In this document: positions 27,602 through 36,789 of the stretch, in pieces
Layout of the letters: the number at the start of each line of letters is the position of its first letter
Position numbering within the stretch: position 1 is the stretch's first letter
Source of the DNA: a bacterium
Lineage (GTDB): Bacteria > Vulcanimicrobiota > Xenobia > Xenobiales > JADMJV01
NCBI GenBank assembly: GCA_030149525.1
Contig: JASBRJ010000054.1
Location: forward strand, 599-64,598
Reading direction: 5' to 3'
DNA: 64,000 nucleotides
The notes under the pieces: model-generated
What the model saw: only the letters and a program-made list of their open reading frames with translations
The model's database searches: none
What the model was told of the DNA's origin: nothing
Position numbers and translations under genes: made by a program

Positions 27602-28885
27602 GTGAATTCCCTAGACGAAGAGCAAGAACTGGATCGCCCTCACAACCCTCTGGGCGATTGGCTCCAATCCTTGAGCTCCGCTGGTGAGATGAAGTCGGAG
27701 GGGAGTGGTTTTAGCATTGCCCAGGAGAAGGCCTGGGAAAAGCTTGGCGCCTTTCAGCTTCCCTTCGAGAGCGCCTGGGTCCTCAAAGTCGTGCAAGCCG
27801 CGGTGGTAGGTGGGGCGTTGTCCATTGAAGTTGTGCAGACACGCTCGGAGACTCATTTTACTCTTTCGAGTCTGGCGGGAGTGACCTGGAATTCCGTGCA
27901 AAAGCTCTTATTCGAAGTGGATTCCGCTTCCGAATCTGCATCGAGCCATTTGGCGGTCGCGTTTCGAACACTTGCAAAATCTGTGGGAAATCCGTTCTTT
28001 GTGAACTTTCCCGGCGACTCTGTCGTGGTTTGGGACGGTTCAGCTTTTCAGGCGGCCGATCCAACATCGGATATCTTCGAGATCAAAATTTCCCACTTTC
28101 TCTCCACCGGAGTTTTTAAAGCGATTCGCTTCATGACCGGGATTCAAAAGGCGTTGTGTGACTACTGTCATCTTTGCCCCATACCGCTTAGCATCGATAA
28201 TCGAGCGATCAATTCTCTGGTGGACGATCCCCTCTGTAGGCCTTCTGCGGATTGCTCGCTGCTAGCTTTTCAGACAGCGAAGGTAAGCGACGATCTACCG
28301 AGACTCAAGCTTCCCTCGACCGACTGGAACGCTCTTCACCCGGACGGTGCTAGACCATCCTTAGATTTTGAGTCGGCCTTCAGAGAGAGCGACGAAGAGT
28401 GTGGTGCGGGGATGCTGCTCTGTGGCTTCCGAAAGGTTATTCACGGGGGTGAGCAATACTTTCGGTCCTACCGAAAGTCGAGTGAGTTGATTTGGCTACG
28501 CCACGGTGTGATAGTGGCCAGAGAATCTCTCAATATTGCCCAGTCGGTGGCACTCCTGCTGATAGTCAATGCCGAGTGCCTGGATACCGACCTGACCGGC
28601 TTCGATTTGAGAAAAAACGATCGCAAAATGAGCCGTCGCAACGCGGCTATTGAATCAGCTTTTTCAGCGCTGAAGGAATTGAAGAGTAGGAGCCGGGTCA
28701 AGCTTCAGGGACGCAATAGCTTTATGTCCTTACTCGGCTGGGGCGGCATCGCGTTAACGGTCTTGATTCCTCCCGCAGGCCTCGCTCTTTGGGGGCTCAG
28801 AGCTTCTGCGCTGCGCGAAGACCAGGAGCGGATTGCCAAGGAATTCGACAACGGCCTGAGCCGTGTTTTTGCGAATCTCCGATAG
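27602..28885 (+). CDS. Hypothetical protein with degenerate GHKL-like N-terminus and C-terminal TM segment; paralog of 1778
   Basis: GSGFSIAQEKAWEKLGAFQL...LKVVQAAVVGGA; CPIPLSIDN; LDTDLTGFDL. Confidence 0.6.
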   Translation: MNSLDEEQELDRPHNPLGDWLQSLSSAGEMKSEGSGFSIAQEKAWEKLGAFQLPFESAWVLKVVQAAVVGGALSIEVVQTRSETHFTLSSLAGVTWNSVQKLLFEVDSASESASSHLAVAFRTLAKSVGNPFFVNFPGDSVVVWDGSAFQAADPTSDIFEIKISHFLSTGVFKAIRFMTGIQKALCDYCHLCPIPLSIDNRAINSLVDDPLCRPSADCSLLAFQTAKVSDDLPRLKLPSTDWNALHPDGARPSLDFESAFRESDEECGAGMLLCGFRKVIHGGEQYFRSYRKSSELIWLRHGVIVARESLNIAQSVALLLIVNAECLDTDLTGFDLRKNDRKMSRRNAAIESAFSALKELKSRSRVKLQGRNSFMSLLGWGGIALTVLIPPAGLALWGLRASALREDQERIAKEFDNGLSRVFANLR

Positions 28886-29052
28886 AGTGCGGAGCGGGTT
28901 TGAGGCAAGAGCGGCGGGCCTTGGAGGGAGCTAGCTCTGTTGGCGAGTGAGGGGCAATTCCACAGCAGGAGAGTCGGCAATTATTGTCCGACGTGTGGGA
29001 GTAGACGTTTCCCAGAGGGTGCCCCTAACAGCCACCGCGAAGAATCTTTCCG

Positions 29053-30123
29053 ATGGCCACTCAATTTACGGAAATCCGCCTGGATTCACTGCTCCTTCAG
29101 GCTCGAGAAATGGGAGCGGAAGACATCCACCTGCAGGCGGGCTCTCCGCCTCTTTTCAGAGTTTTCGGAGACCTCAAGGCGCGCCAGAATAAGAACGTCA
29201 GCATGGAGGCGTTGTACGATCTTTTGGGTCGAATGTTGGAACCGGAACAACTCCCTCTGCTGGAGAAGCAAAGGCGGCTACGCTGGGTACATTGGGCCTC
29301 CGACGATCGGCTGGTGCGGTGCCAGGCTAGCAAATGGCCCAGCGGCTGCACTCTCACTCTGCGCCTCCTCCGAGAGGAACCGCTCCCGCTAGAAGAACTT
29401 GGGTGGGACTCGCACCTGCCCAACCTGCTTGAAGGCTCGGGCCTGATACTTCTGACAGGTCACGCTGGAAGCGGGGTGAGTACGACCCTGGCCTCACTGG
29501 TGAATCTCCTGAATATGACTTCCCGACAACACATTTTGTGCTTGGAGCATGATCTCGAGATAATGCACCCCTACAAGCTCTCTATGATCAACCAGCGCTG
29601 TTTCGATCGCGACTTCGACTGCTGGAAACAGGCGGTTGGTCAGGCCGCCCGCCAAGAGGTAGACACTCTAGTGCTTCACGACGCCCCGTTGAAGGAGGTT
29701 TGGAGCGAGCTTTGTTCTTTTTTAGACGGCGGTGGTCTAGCACTTGTGACCATGAGAGCGTCAAGTGTTTACCGGGCCCTGGAAAGCCTACCCGACTTCT
29801 ATCCGCCCGCAGAGCAACAGTGGGTCCGCCCTCATCTTAGCCGATACCTCGCCGGTGCCACCCATCAGCGCTTGGTGACGGGCAAGCAGGCTCGATACAT
29901 GGCAGGCGCGCTGCTGACCGCCACATTAGGCATCAGAAATCTGTTACTTGAGAACAAGCTTCGGCAGCTCTCTCGCGCCATGGCCTCGAATCCGACCTGC
30001 CGAACTTTGGAGCAAAGCCTTTGCCTGCTGGTGCAAGACGGCACTCTCCGGGCAGAGGAAGCCCTGGCCGTCAGCGACTACCCCGAAGAACTGAAGAGTT
30101 TACTCGCTGGAGGTGCAAGTTGA
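29053..30123 (+). CDS. PilT/PilU-like ATPase, degenerate
   Basis: GAEDIHLQAGSPPLFRVFG, GLILLTGHAGSGVSTTLASLV, INQR, IRNLLLENK, TLEQSL. Confidence 0.85.
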   Translation: MATQFTEIRLDSLLLQAREMGAEDIHLQAGSPPLFRVFGDLKARQNKNVSMEALYDLLGRMLEPEQLPLLEKQRRLRWVHWASDDRLVRCQASKWPSGCTLTLRLLREEPLPLEELGWDSHLPNLLEGSGLILLTGHAGSGVSTTLASLVNLLNMTSRQHILCLEHDLEIMHPYKLSMINQRCFDRDFDCWKQAVGQAARQEVDTLVLHDAPLKEVWSELCSFLDGGGLALVTMRASSVYRALESLPDFYPPAEQQWVRPHLSRYLAGATHQRLVTGKQARYMAGALLTATLGIRNLLLENKLRQLSRAMASNPTCRTLEQSLCLLVQDGTLRAEEALAVSDYPEELKSLLAGGAS

Positions 30124-31187
30124 GGCAAAACTGGAATCTGAGAGAGCTCTTCACATTGGCTTTAGAAGCCGGAGGCACAAGCCTTCATCTCAACAGCGCA
30201 CTCCCGGCGGTGGCCAAGACCAAAGGCGGCTTGGTGCCACTGACCGAGCAATACCTGACTCCAGACGACTGTGAAGACATAGCGGCCACGCTTTCGACCC
30301 AGGCCGTACATCGTCTGAAGCAGGAGAGTTTCTATGGCCTGGAGCCGGGAATTTGTCGATATCGAGCGGAGCTGTATCGCCAACGAGACGTAATCAGCCT
30401 GATTTTTAAGCTGGCCCCCTGGCGACTGCGCCCTCTAGAAGAACTAGGGTTGCCGCCGAACGTTCCCGAGCTTCTACAGGCACGGCGAGGGCTCATACTC
30501 GTATGCGGCCCCCAGGGAGCGGGCAAGAGTTGGACTCTAGCCGCTCTGCTTGACTATATACATCGGCAGCGGTCTGTTCGGAGCCTTGTGCTGGGCGACC
30601 CGTTGGAGTTTGAGCTTGAAGCCCGACTTGGCATGACAACCACTCAGTCGGTGAAGCAGGGTCACTGGGAGGAGGCCTTAGACCAGATAGAATTCTCCGA
30701 CGTGGACGTGGTAGCGCTCGACGATTTTCCAGTTCGCAGAACCCTTGAAAGAGCACTTGAGTTGGCCGAGGCCGGCATCCTGGTTCTGGCCACTGTTCGC
30801 AACGCCCTCGACGTTAGCAGCAGTCTCTTTGAGCTGTGGACCAAACACCCGGCCTGGCTTCATCACAGCCTGAGAGAACGAGTCAGCCAAGCCCTCCAGG
30901 CAATAATTTTTCAGAAGTTAGTAGCGGGCATGACAGACCAGGAAAAATTCCCGGCAACCGAGATTATGTTGGCGAGTCCCCCGATGCGCCACCTCATCCA
31001 AGAAGAGCGATTCATTCAGTTCTACAACTCTATCCAAACTGGTCTGAACTCCGGGATGCACACTCTTGAGCAATCCCTGTTCGAGTTATTCCGTTCCGGA
31101 TGTATCGACGAGAAAACGGCCCTCTCCGAAACCCGTTACCCGGACGACGTGAGACGAAGCATCGGGACGTGGCGGAGTCGAGATTGA
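30120..31187 (+). CDS. PilT/PilU-like type IV pilus retraction ATPase, divergent
   Basis: GLILVCGPQGAGKSWTLAA, GDPLEF, PATEIM, IQTG...GMHTLEQSL; TTG start overlapping the upstream stop. Confidence 0.85.
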   Translation: MRQNWNLRELFTLALEAGGTSLHLNSALPAVAKTKGGLVPLTEQYLTPDDCEDIAATLSTQAVHRLKQESFYGLEPGICRYRAELYRQRDVISLIFKLAPWRLRPLEELGLPPNVPELLQARRGLILVCGPQGAGKSWTLAALLDYIHRQRSVRSLVLGDPLEFELEARLGMTTTQSVKQGHWEEALDQIEFSDVDVVALDDFPVRRTLERALELAEAGILVLATVRNALDVSSSLFELWTKHPAWLHHSLRERVSQALQAIIFQKLVAGMTDQEKFPATEIMLASPPMRHLIQEERFIQFYNSIQTGLNSGMHTLEQSLFELFRSGCIDEKTALSETRYPDDVRRSIGTWRSRD

Positions 31188-31200
31188 CGCTCCTAAAAGT

Positions 31201-31674
31201 CTAGCAACCCGCCTCCCTACGACGGTCTGCCGGTCTGAGCCTTGCCAACTCCCTGGCCGAGGCGGTGCTGAGATATTGCGGGTCGGGAGTTTTGCCGACC
31301 CTGTCGAGATCGAGGCGGTCCGAATCCCAGCAGGTGCCGACGGTCGGGTCTTCCGTCAGACGGCCCTTTTCATGATCTCGGCAGGCCAGGGCTAAGAGCT
31401 CTAATCGATGTGGCTCCAGCTGAAAGTAGTCTCCACAGAGCGTGCGGGCTATCAGTTCTGCACGCTCTCCGTGGAGTGGGTCGTGACCGTCGGATTCTCT
31501 CTGACTGTCGTGAAGCCAGGCAAAAAGCCGTACAATTATAATATCGGCCCCGTTGATTGGGGCCAAATACATTCCGTACCTTTCGACTCGACGCCAATGG
31601 TCTTGATCATGCGCACTGAAGTTGCCCAACTTGAAACCTGATATCAGATGACGCTGGAGTCTTTCCCAATCCAT
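31201..31674 (-). CDS. Small HD-domain protein
   Basis: HDQDHWRRV...AWLHDSQR...HGER...CWDSDRLDL. Confidence 0.8.
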   Translation of the reverse strand: MDWERLQRHLISGFKLGNFSAHDQDHWRRVERYGMYLAPINGADIIIVRLFAWLHDSQRESDGHDPLHGERAELIARTLCGDYFQLEPHRLELLALACRDHEKGRLTEDPTVGTCWDSDRLDLDRVGKTPDPQYLSTASARELARLRPADRRREAGC

Positions 31675-31932
31675 TTTTTGCGGCTTCGTCAGGAGCGGGA
31701 ACTTTCCCGGAATGGCGACTGCCGGGCCTTGAACGCTGCCGAATCAAATTTAATATTGAACCAAAGTTGCCAAAAAACTCAACACAGGCTAATGTCTGGA
31801 AGTCGTCACGGTTCCCGATACCGTTGACCACAGACAGATTAGTTCAGATCCTTCTCAGATTGGTTTTCTGCTATCTCTCTCAGTGGCCGATCTTCGCATC
31901 CCGGACGTTATAAAATTAGGAGGATCATTATT

Positions 31933-32199
31933 ATGAATCTTTATGTTGGAAATCTATCTTACGACTTGACCGAAAAAGACCTGAGCAACGCTTTTGGAGA
32001 CTACGGTATCGTTACTTCTGCCCGCATCATCACCGATCGTGAAACCGGTAAGAACCGTGGCTTCGCTTTCGTTGAAATGGAAGAAAAAAGCGCCGGCCTC
32101 AACGCTATTGAAGGCTTGAACCAAAAAGAACTCTTCGGTCGCCGACTGATCGTGAACGAAGCCAAGCCTAAAGCTAGCCGTGAGCGCGCTCGCTGGTAA
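31933..32199 (+). CDS. RRM (RNP-1) RNA-binding protein
   Basis: LYVGNL (RNP2), RGFAFVEM (RNP1), VNEAKP; RBS AGGAGG. Confidence 0.95.
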   Translation: MNLYVGNLSYDLTEKDLSNAFGDYGIVTSARIITDRETGKNRGFAFVEMEEKSAGLNAIEGLNQKELFGRRLIVNEAKPKASRERARW

Positions 32200-32220
32200 G
32201 CGGTTGTAGGATTTGCTACG

Positions 32221-32251
32221 AAAAAGGCCACCTTCCGGGGTGGCCTTTTTT
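32221..32251. terminator. Bidirectional Rho-independent terminator
   Basis: AAAAAGGCCACC-ttccgg-GGTGGCCTTTTTT. Confidence 0.88.
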
Positions 32252-32271
32252 ATTTGATTCCAGACCTTGTT

Positions 32272-32748
32272 CTAGATGACCGTGATGGTTGTTTTCAAGG
32301 GAACTTCGTCACGTCTCCACTCGCGTCCGTAGAACTGCTCCCGAGGGTCTTCTTCACGAACGAGTTCGCTGGTGTGACCGGACACCGTCTTGGTCACGCT
32401 TTCGCCGTCGAACCGGTAGGTGTGGATCAGTAAATCCCTGTCCGAGAACGTTTCTTGCTGCGCCTTCAGGACAAATCCGTCCTTGTTGGTTTGCAAGTCG
32501 ACTGAGTCGACTCCCAACTTTTCGAGCTCCGGGGGTTTGGGACGAGAGGTTGCTCCTGAGAGATAAACGGTGTTGGTACGACCGTCTCCGTCGAAAGCGG
32601 TATTGTTGTACTTTTCCGCTATCAGGACAAGGTCTTCGAACCTCTGTCGTTCAGCGGCCTTCTTCTCTTGAGCCGGAGTAGATTTAGGAAGTCGCTTCAT
32701 CTCCGACTTTGTTCGGAACATGGTGTTGAGTCTTTTGTTTGTGAGCAT
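32272..32748 (-). CDS. Hypothetical protein
   Basis: 158 aa ORF converging on the terminator. Confidence 0.55.
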   Translation of the reverse strand: MLTNKRLNTMFRTKSEMKRLPKSTPAQEKKAAERQRFEDLVLIAEKYNNTAFDGDGRTNTVYLSGATSRPKPPELEKLGVDSVDLQTNKDGFVLKAQQETFSDRDLLIHTYRFDGESVTKTVSGHTSELVREEDPREQFYGREWRRDEVPLKTTITVI

Positions 32749-32845
32749 AGTGTTTCTTTCTAGTGAGTGAGACTACACTAACAAGCTCTCCTTAAAAAAT
32801 CCGAAAAACGGGCCGTGGGGCGTTCGGCCATCGGCCAGGCTGCAA

Positions 32846-32881
32846 AGGACTCCCCTGGCGCCTTATGCATAGGGGAGTCCT
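32846..32881. repeat. 11-bp inverted repeat, possible terminator of the dioxygenase gene
   Basis: AGGACTCCCCT-N14-AGGGGAGTCCT. Confidence 0.5.
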
Positions 32882-32913
32882 GGCTCCGGCAGGCCGCTAA
32901 ACCGGTCGACCCG

Positions 32914-34374
32914 TTAGGCGATACTTTTCAAAGTCTCCCTACTCGAACTCAACCATCTCCTAGCTATCTCCACATCCTGCCGAGTCAGGTTGTGTCCGGT
33001 AGGAACCTGACGAACCTCTACCTCGGCTCCCCGTTCACGGAAAACCTCAGCCAGCTTCTCACCCGCTTCAGGCGAGACAATCCGGTCGTCGCGGCCGATC
33101 AGCAGCAGAATCTGCTTGCCGGAGAGGTCGGCCGGCCCCGGTTCCCATCCCAACATCGGGCGAAAAAGAATCGCCTTATCGAAGCTGTCGGCCTCCTCAA
33201 GCAGGGTAGCAGCCGCCATGTTGGCACCGTTGGAGTAGCCCACAGCCACTCGCGGACCGGGATGTCTTTCCAAGAACTTGGCCAACTCAGTGGCTCGTTG
33301 TCGGAGGTCGTCCTCATCAAACACTCCAGCTTGAAGTCGCCTGAAGAAGCGGCGGGCTCCGCGCTCTTTCACATTACCGCGCAAACTCAACACCGGTTTG
33401 CCGGGTGCAACCTCAGCCACCAGGCTGAGGAGATCATACTCGTCGCCTCCGGTTCCGTGAAGAGCCACCACTAAGTCGCCCTGACCGGAAGTCTCGGCAA
33501 ACTTGTACGGTTCTTCCAGCGGGTCCAAAACCGCCTCGATCCCTTCTCGATGGGGTTCGTACTGGGGTGGAAGCACAAGCTTTTCTCCCAACTCCTCCAC
33601 ACTTTCGTCGATCATCATACCCGGCGGATCGGTGGCGAGTTCGAACAGAACTCCCCCTGGTCCACGAAAGTAGATGGAGTGAAAGTAGTTGCGGTCCATC
33701 ACCGGGCTCACCTGATAACCGGCCTTAATGAGCTTATTGCGCCAGTGGGCCTGAGCTTCATCGTCGGCGACTCGCAGTGCGATATGATGAACGGTTCCTG
33801 CTCCTCCCCTGGTTGAAGGCTCGTCAGACTGTTCAAGATCCAGGTAATCTCCCGATCCTTTCAGGCGATAGCGCGCTCTGGCGTTCTCCCGGCCTTCTTC
33901 TTCAAAGCCCATAAGTTTCAGCAGTTCGGCTGTCGGAGCAGTGCTCTTCAGTTTGAGAGTCGCTCCTCCAATGGGGCCTAGCGTCGGTGGCGCGGACTTG
34001 CTCTCATACAGTTCCAAAGTCATGCCGTGAGGGTCTTCAAATATCACGTACTCTTGGCCGAAGCGAACTTCACTGCGATAGGGAACGCCGAGTCTCTGCT
34101 TCCACACCTCTAAGTTCTCTACCGGATAGCTGCTAGCTACAACCTGTCCTGTCCCCTTGTCGCCCGGTGCCCCACCGTAGGGGAAGAACGTCATCAAGGT
34201 GCCCGGCGAACCGGTTTCGTCCCCGTAGTAGAGATGATAGACGCCAGGGTCGTCGAAGTTTACCGTGCGCTTGACCAGGCGAAGGCCCAGGGTCTCGGTG
34301 TAAAATTTGAAATTTTCGTGAGCCGGACCGCTGATGGCGGTGACGTGGTGAATTCCCAAAATGCTTTTATTCAT
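32914..34374 (-). CDS. Ring-cleaving dioxygenase (VOC, MhqO/PcpA-like) fused to a carboxylesterase (MhqD-like alpha/beta hydrolase)
   Basis: GIHHVTA, VKRTVNFDDP..YHLYY, GTVHHIA, DRNYFHSIYF, ELATD; then LHGTGG, RFFRR, GYSNGAN, GH. Confidence 0.9.
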   Translation of the reverse strand: MNKSILGIHHVTAISGPAHENFKFYTETLGLRLVKRTVNFDDPGVYHLYYGDETGSPGTLMTFFPYGGAPGDKGTGQVVASSYPVENLEVWKQRLGVPYRSEVRFGQEYVIFEDPHGMTLELYESKSAPPTLGPIGGATLKLKSTAPTAELLKLMGFEEEGRENARARYRLKGSGDYLDLEQSDEPSTRGGAGTVHHIALRVADDEAQAHWRNKLIKAGYQVSPVMDRNYFHSIYFRGPGGVLFELATDPPGMMIDESVEELGEKLVLPPQYEPHREGIEAVLDPLEEPYKFAETSGQGDLVVALHGTGGDEYDLLSLVAEVAPGKPVLSLRGNVKERGARRFFRRLQAGVFDEDDLRQRATELAKFLERHPGPRVAVGYSNGANMAAATLLEEADSFDKAILFRPMLGWEPGPADLSGKQILLLIGRDDRIVSPEAGEKLAEVFRERGAEVEVRQVPTGHNLTRQDVEIARRWLSSSRETLKSIA

Positions 34375-34504
34375 ACGTTTGCTCCTCTCGATGCGAGCGT
34401 TTCCCGCCCACTCCTAAATCTTAACACTGTTGCCTCATTTTTAGTAGACAGCAAAATCGATACACTTTGTTTCCACTCCAACAACAAAAGCCATGAAAGG
34501 TTGA

Positions 34505-35275
34505 ATGCTCAAAGCGCGGAAATCTAACCGCATGTGGAACCCACTGGTCCTTTTGAGGCGTCACCCGTTCGAAGTGAAGGCGTTCTTCGACTACTCCCTG
34601 GTTCTCACTTACGCCCTCCCGGCAGATTTTCTCCAGGGCCTGTTGCCTTCCAGGCTGGAGGTTGATCGCTGTGGTGAGCTGGGATTTTTGGCTATCGCAC
34701 TGGTCAAGACGCGCCACCTGAGGCCTGCCCCACTACCGAAATTTCTAGGACAGAGCTTCTTCCTCTCCGGCTATCGGATCTTCTGTCGTTTTCCCGTGGA
34801 AGGAAGACGTTACCGCGGTCTCAAGATTCTGCGCTCCGACACCGACCGCTGGACCATGGTGCTGCTGGGCAACCTCATGACCCACTACTCCTATCGCAAA
34901 GTGAGCATTGAGGAGCATCGCGCCAACTCCAACCTCAAACTTCAGGTCAAGAGCCAAGACGGACAAACGGACCTCACGGTGAGGGTGGCGCTTGACCAGG
35001 CGGAACTGCCTCCCGATACTCCTTTTGCCGACTGGCGAGAGGCCAGAAAGTGGTGCGGGCCGCTGCCCTTCACCTTCAGCCCGGAAAAGGAAACTGGAAA
35101 GATGGTTGTGGTCGAGGGCGTGCGCTCGGAGTGGCAGCCTCAACCGGTGAAGGCTACCGTCGACCGGATAAGCTTTTTTGATCAAGCGGTGTTTCGCGGA
35201 ATAACGCCTGTCTTGGCCAACGCCTTTTACACCGAGCGAATCCCCTACAGTTGGAAGGCCGGTGTGTTGAAATGA
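34505..35275 (+). CDS. DUF2071 (YqjF-like) protein
   Basis: LVLTYALP, GFLAIALV...LRP, GYRIF, GLKILRSDTD, GPLPFTF. Confidence 0.75.
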   Translation: MLKARKSNRMWNPLVLLRRHPFEVKAFFDYSLVLTYALPADFLQGLLPSRLEVDRCGELGFLAIALVKTRHLRPAPLPKFLGQSFFLSGYRIFCRFPVEGRRYRGLKILRSDTDRWTMVLLGNLMTHYSYRKVSIEEHRANSNLKLQVKSQDGQTDLTVRVALDQAELPPDTPFADWREARKWCGPLPFTFSPEKETGKMVVVEGVRSEWQPQPVKATVDRISFFDQAVFRGITPVLANAFYTERIPYSWKAGVLK

Positions 35276-36015
35276 GACGGAGCCGATTCCAAGGCCTCTT
35301 GAATGTGGTGAGGTTCAACTACGACATGTATCTGAAAGCCGGCCTGGTTCTGGTGCTTGCCTACCTCATCCCCTGGCCCCGGCCTCTGCTCCCTCTGGTG
35401 GGGCTTGGCTGTGTAGGCGCCACCTATTTTTTGCTCGCTTCCTTGCTGGTCTCCCACTACATCTACGACCTTTCCGATCTTTATGGGTGGGGTTGGCTTG
35501 AAAAGCGGTTTCCTCGTCCTGACAGGCTGGTCAATATTCACTCAGGTTTCGACGAAACGACGGAGCAACTGAAACAAGTCTTTCCCCATTGCGAGATCGA
35601 GACCCTGGACTTTTACGACCCGGAATTGATGACTGAGCCGTCCATTGAAAGGGCGCGGGCCACCTACCCCGCCAAGTTCGGGAGGTCTGTGAAATCGCAT
35701 GAGTTACCCCTCGCCGACGGGGCCGAGCCGCTCATCTGCTGCCTGCTGGCGGCCCACGAGTTACGCTCCCATACCGACAAGGTCGCTTTCCTTGGAGAAG
35801 TCGCACGAAGCCTCCACCCGGAGGGGCATTTCGTGATGATCGAACACATGCGGGATCCGGCCAACTTCCTGGCATTCGGGCCCGGTTTCGTGCATTTTTT
35901 CTCCCGCAGCACCTGGCTCCGAGCTCTTTCGGATGCCGGACTGTCGGTGCGAGAAGAGTTTGCCCTGACCCCGTTCTTGAGAGGATTTGTGTGCCGTGCT
36001 ACTTCTCAATCTTAA
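35272..36015 (+). CDS. Membrane-anchored SAM-dependent methyltransferase
   Basis: Two N-terminal TM helices; NIHSGFDE, LAAHELR, LHPEG, EHMRD..NFLAFGPG. Confidence 0.75.
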   Translation: MRRSRFQGLLNVVRFNYDMYLKAGLVLVLAYLIPWPRPLLPLVGLGCVGATYFLLASLLVSHYIYDLSDLYGWGWLEKRFPRPDRLVNIHSGFDETTEQLKQVFPHCEIETLDFYDPELMTEPSIERARATYPAKFGRSVKSHELPLADGAEPLICCLLAAHELRSHTDKVAFLGEVARSLHPEGHFVMIEHMRDPANFLAFGPGFVHFFSRSTWLRALSDAGLSVREEFALTPFLRGFVCRATSQS

Positions 36016-36403
36016 AATCGCGGGCTACCTGATGTTCTGCCTGAGTGCTCTGCATCTGGTCTTCCCCAAGCGCTTCCGATGGAAAGAAGATCTCGCCAAA
36101 CTCCAAGATCTCAACCGTCAGATCTTCTGGGTTCACTGCTTCTTTATCTGCCTCATTTTGTTGCTTATGGGTGCCTTGTGCAGCTTCTTCGGCGCAGCCC
36201 TGTTGACAGGTGGCGAGTTGAGGCCCGTGGTGGCCGGAGGGTGTGCGCTCTTCTGGTTTATGAGACTGTTAGCCCAGCTCTTTGTCTACGACTCAGCCCT
36301 GTGGCAAGGCAAGCCCCTGGAAACGTTCGTGCATATCGTCTTCACCGGGCTTTGGAGCTACTTCACTGCGGTTTTCACCTGGGTGGTCGTCACCTCTCCA
36401 TGA
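35987..36403 (+). CDS. Four-TM membrane protein
   Basis: HLVFPKRFRW, QIFWVHCFFI, FWFMRL; operonic overlap. Confidence 0.7.
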   Translation: MCAVLLLNLKIAGYLMFCLSALHLVFPKRFRWKEDLAKLQDLNRQIFWVHCFFICLILLLMGALCSFFGAALLTGGELRPVVAGGCALFWFMRLLAQLFVYDSALWQGKPLETFVHIVFTGLWSYFTAVFTWVVVTSP

Positions 36404-36789
36404 GACCGCTCGAACTCCTGGCAATCCGGGTCATTCTGGCCGCCGTCTGGTTCTACAACGGCCTTTATCTCAAGCTCATCCTGGTCGATCCCGAACATCT
36501 CAAAGTGGTGGAAGCCGTCGGTCAATTAGGGCCTCTGACTCCGGCCCGCTTTCTCTTTTTGATAGGGCTCGGAGAAACGCTTTTAGGGCTGTGGATACTG
36601 AGCGGATTCCTCTATCGCTATTCCTGTGGCCTGCAGTTTGTTCTCATCGTGCTCATGAACTGTATCGGCATCCTTTCCGGCGGAGTGGCAAACCCACCGG
36701 GTCTTGTCATCACCAACCTCCCCCTGTTGGCCGCTATCTGGACCTCCGCTCGCTTAGGGCCGGGAGAATGGACACGTTCCAAACCGTGA
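36400..36789 (+). CDS. DoxX-like family membrane protein
   Basis: AAVWFYNGLYLKL, IGLGETLLGLWILSG; ATGA overlap. Confidence 0.7.
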   Translation: MRPLELLAIRVILAAVWFYNGLYLKLILVDPEHLKVVEAVGQLGPLTPARFLFLIGLGETLLGLWILSGFLYRYSCGLQFVLIVLMNCIGILSGGVANPPGLVITNLPLLAAIWTSARLGPGEWTRSKP

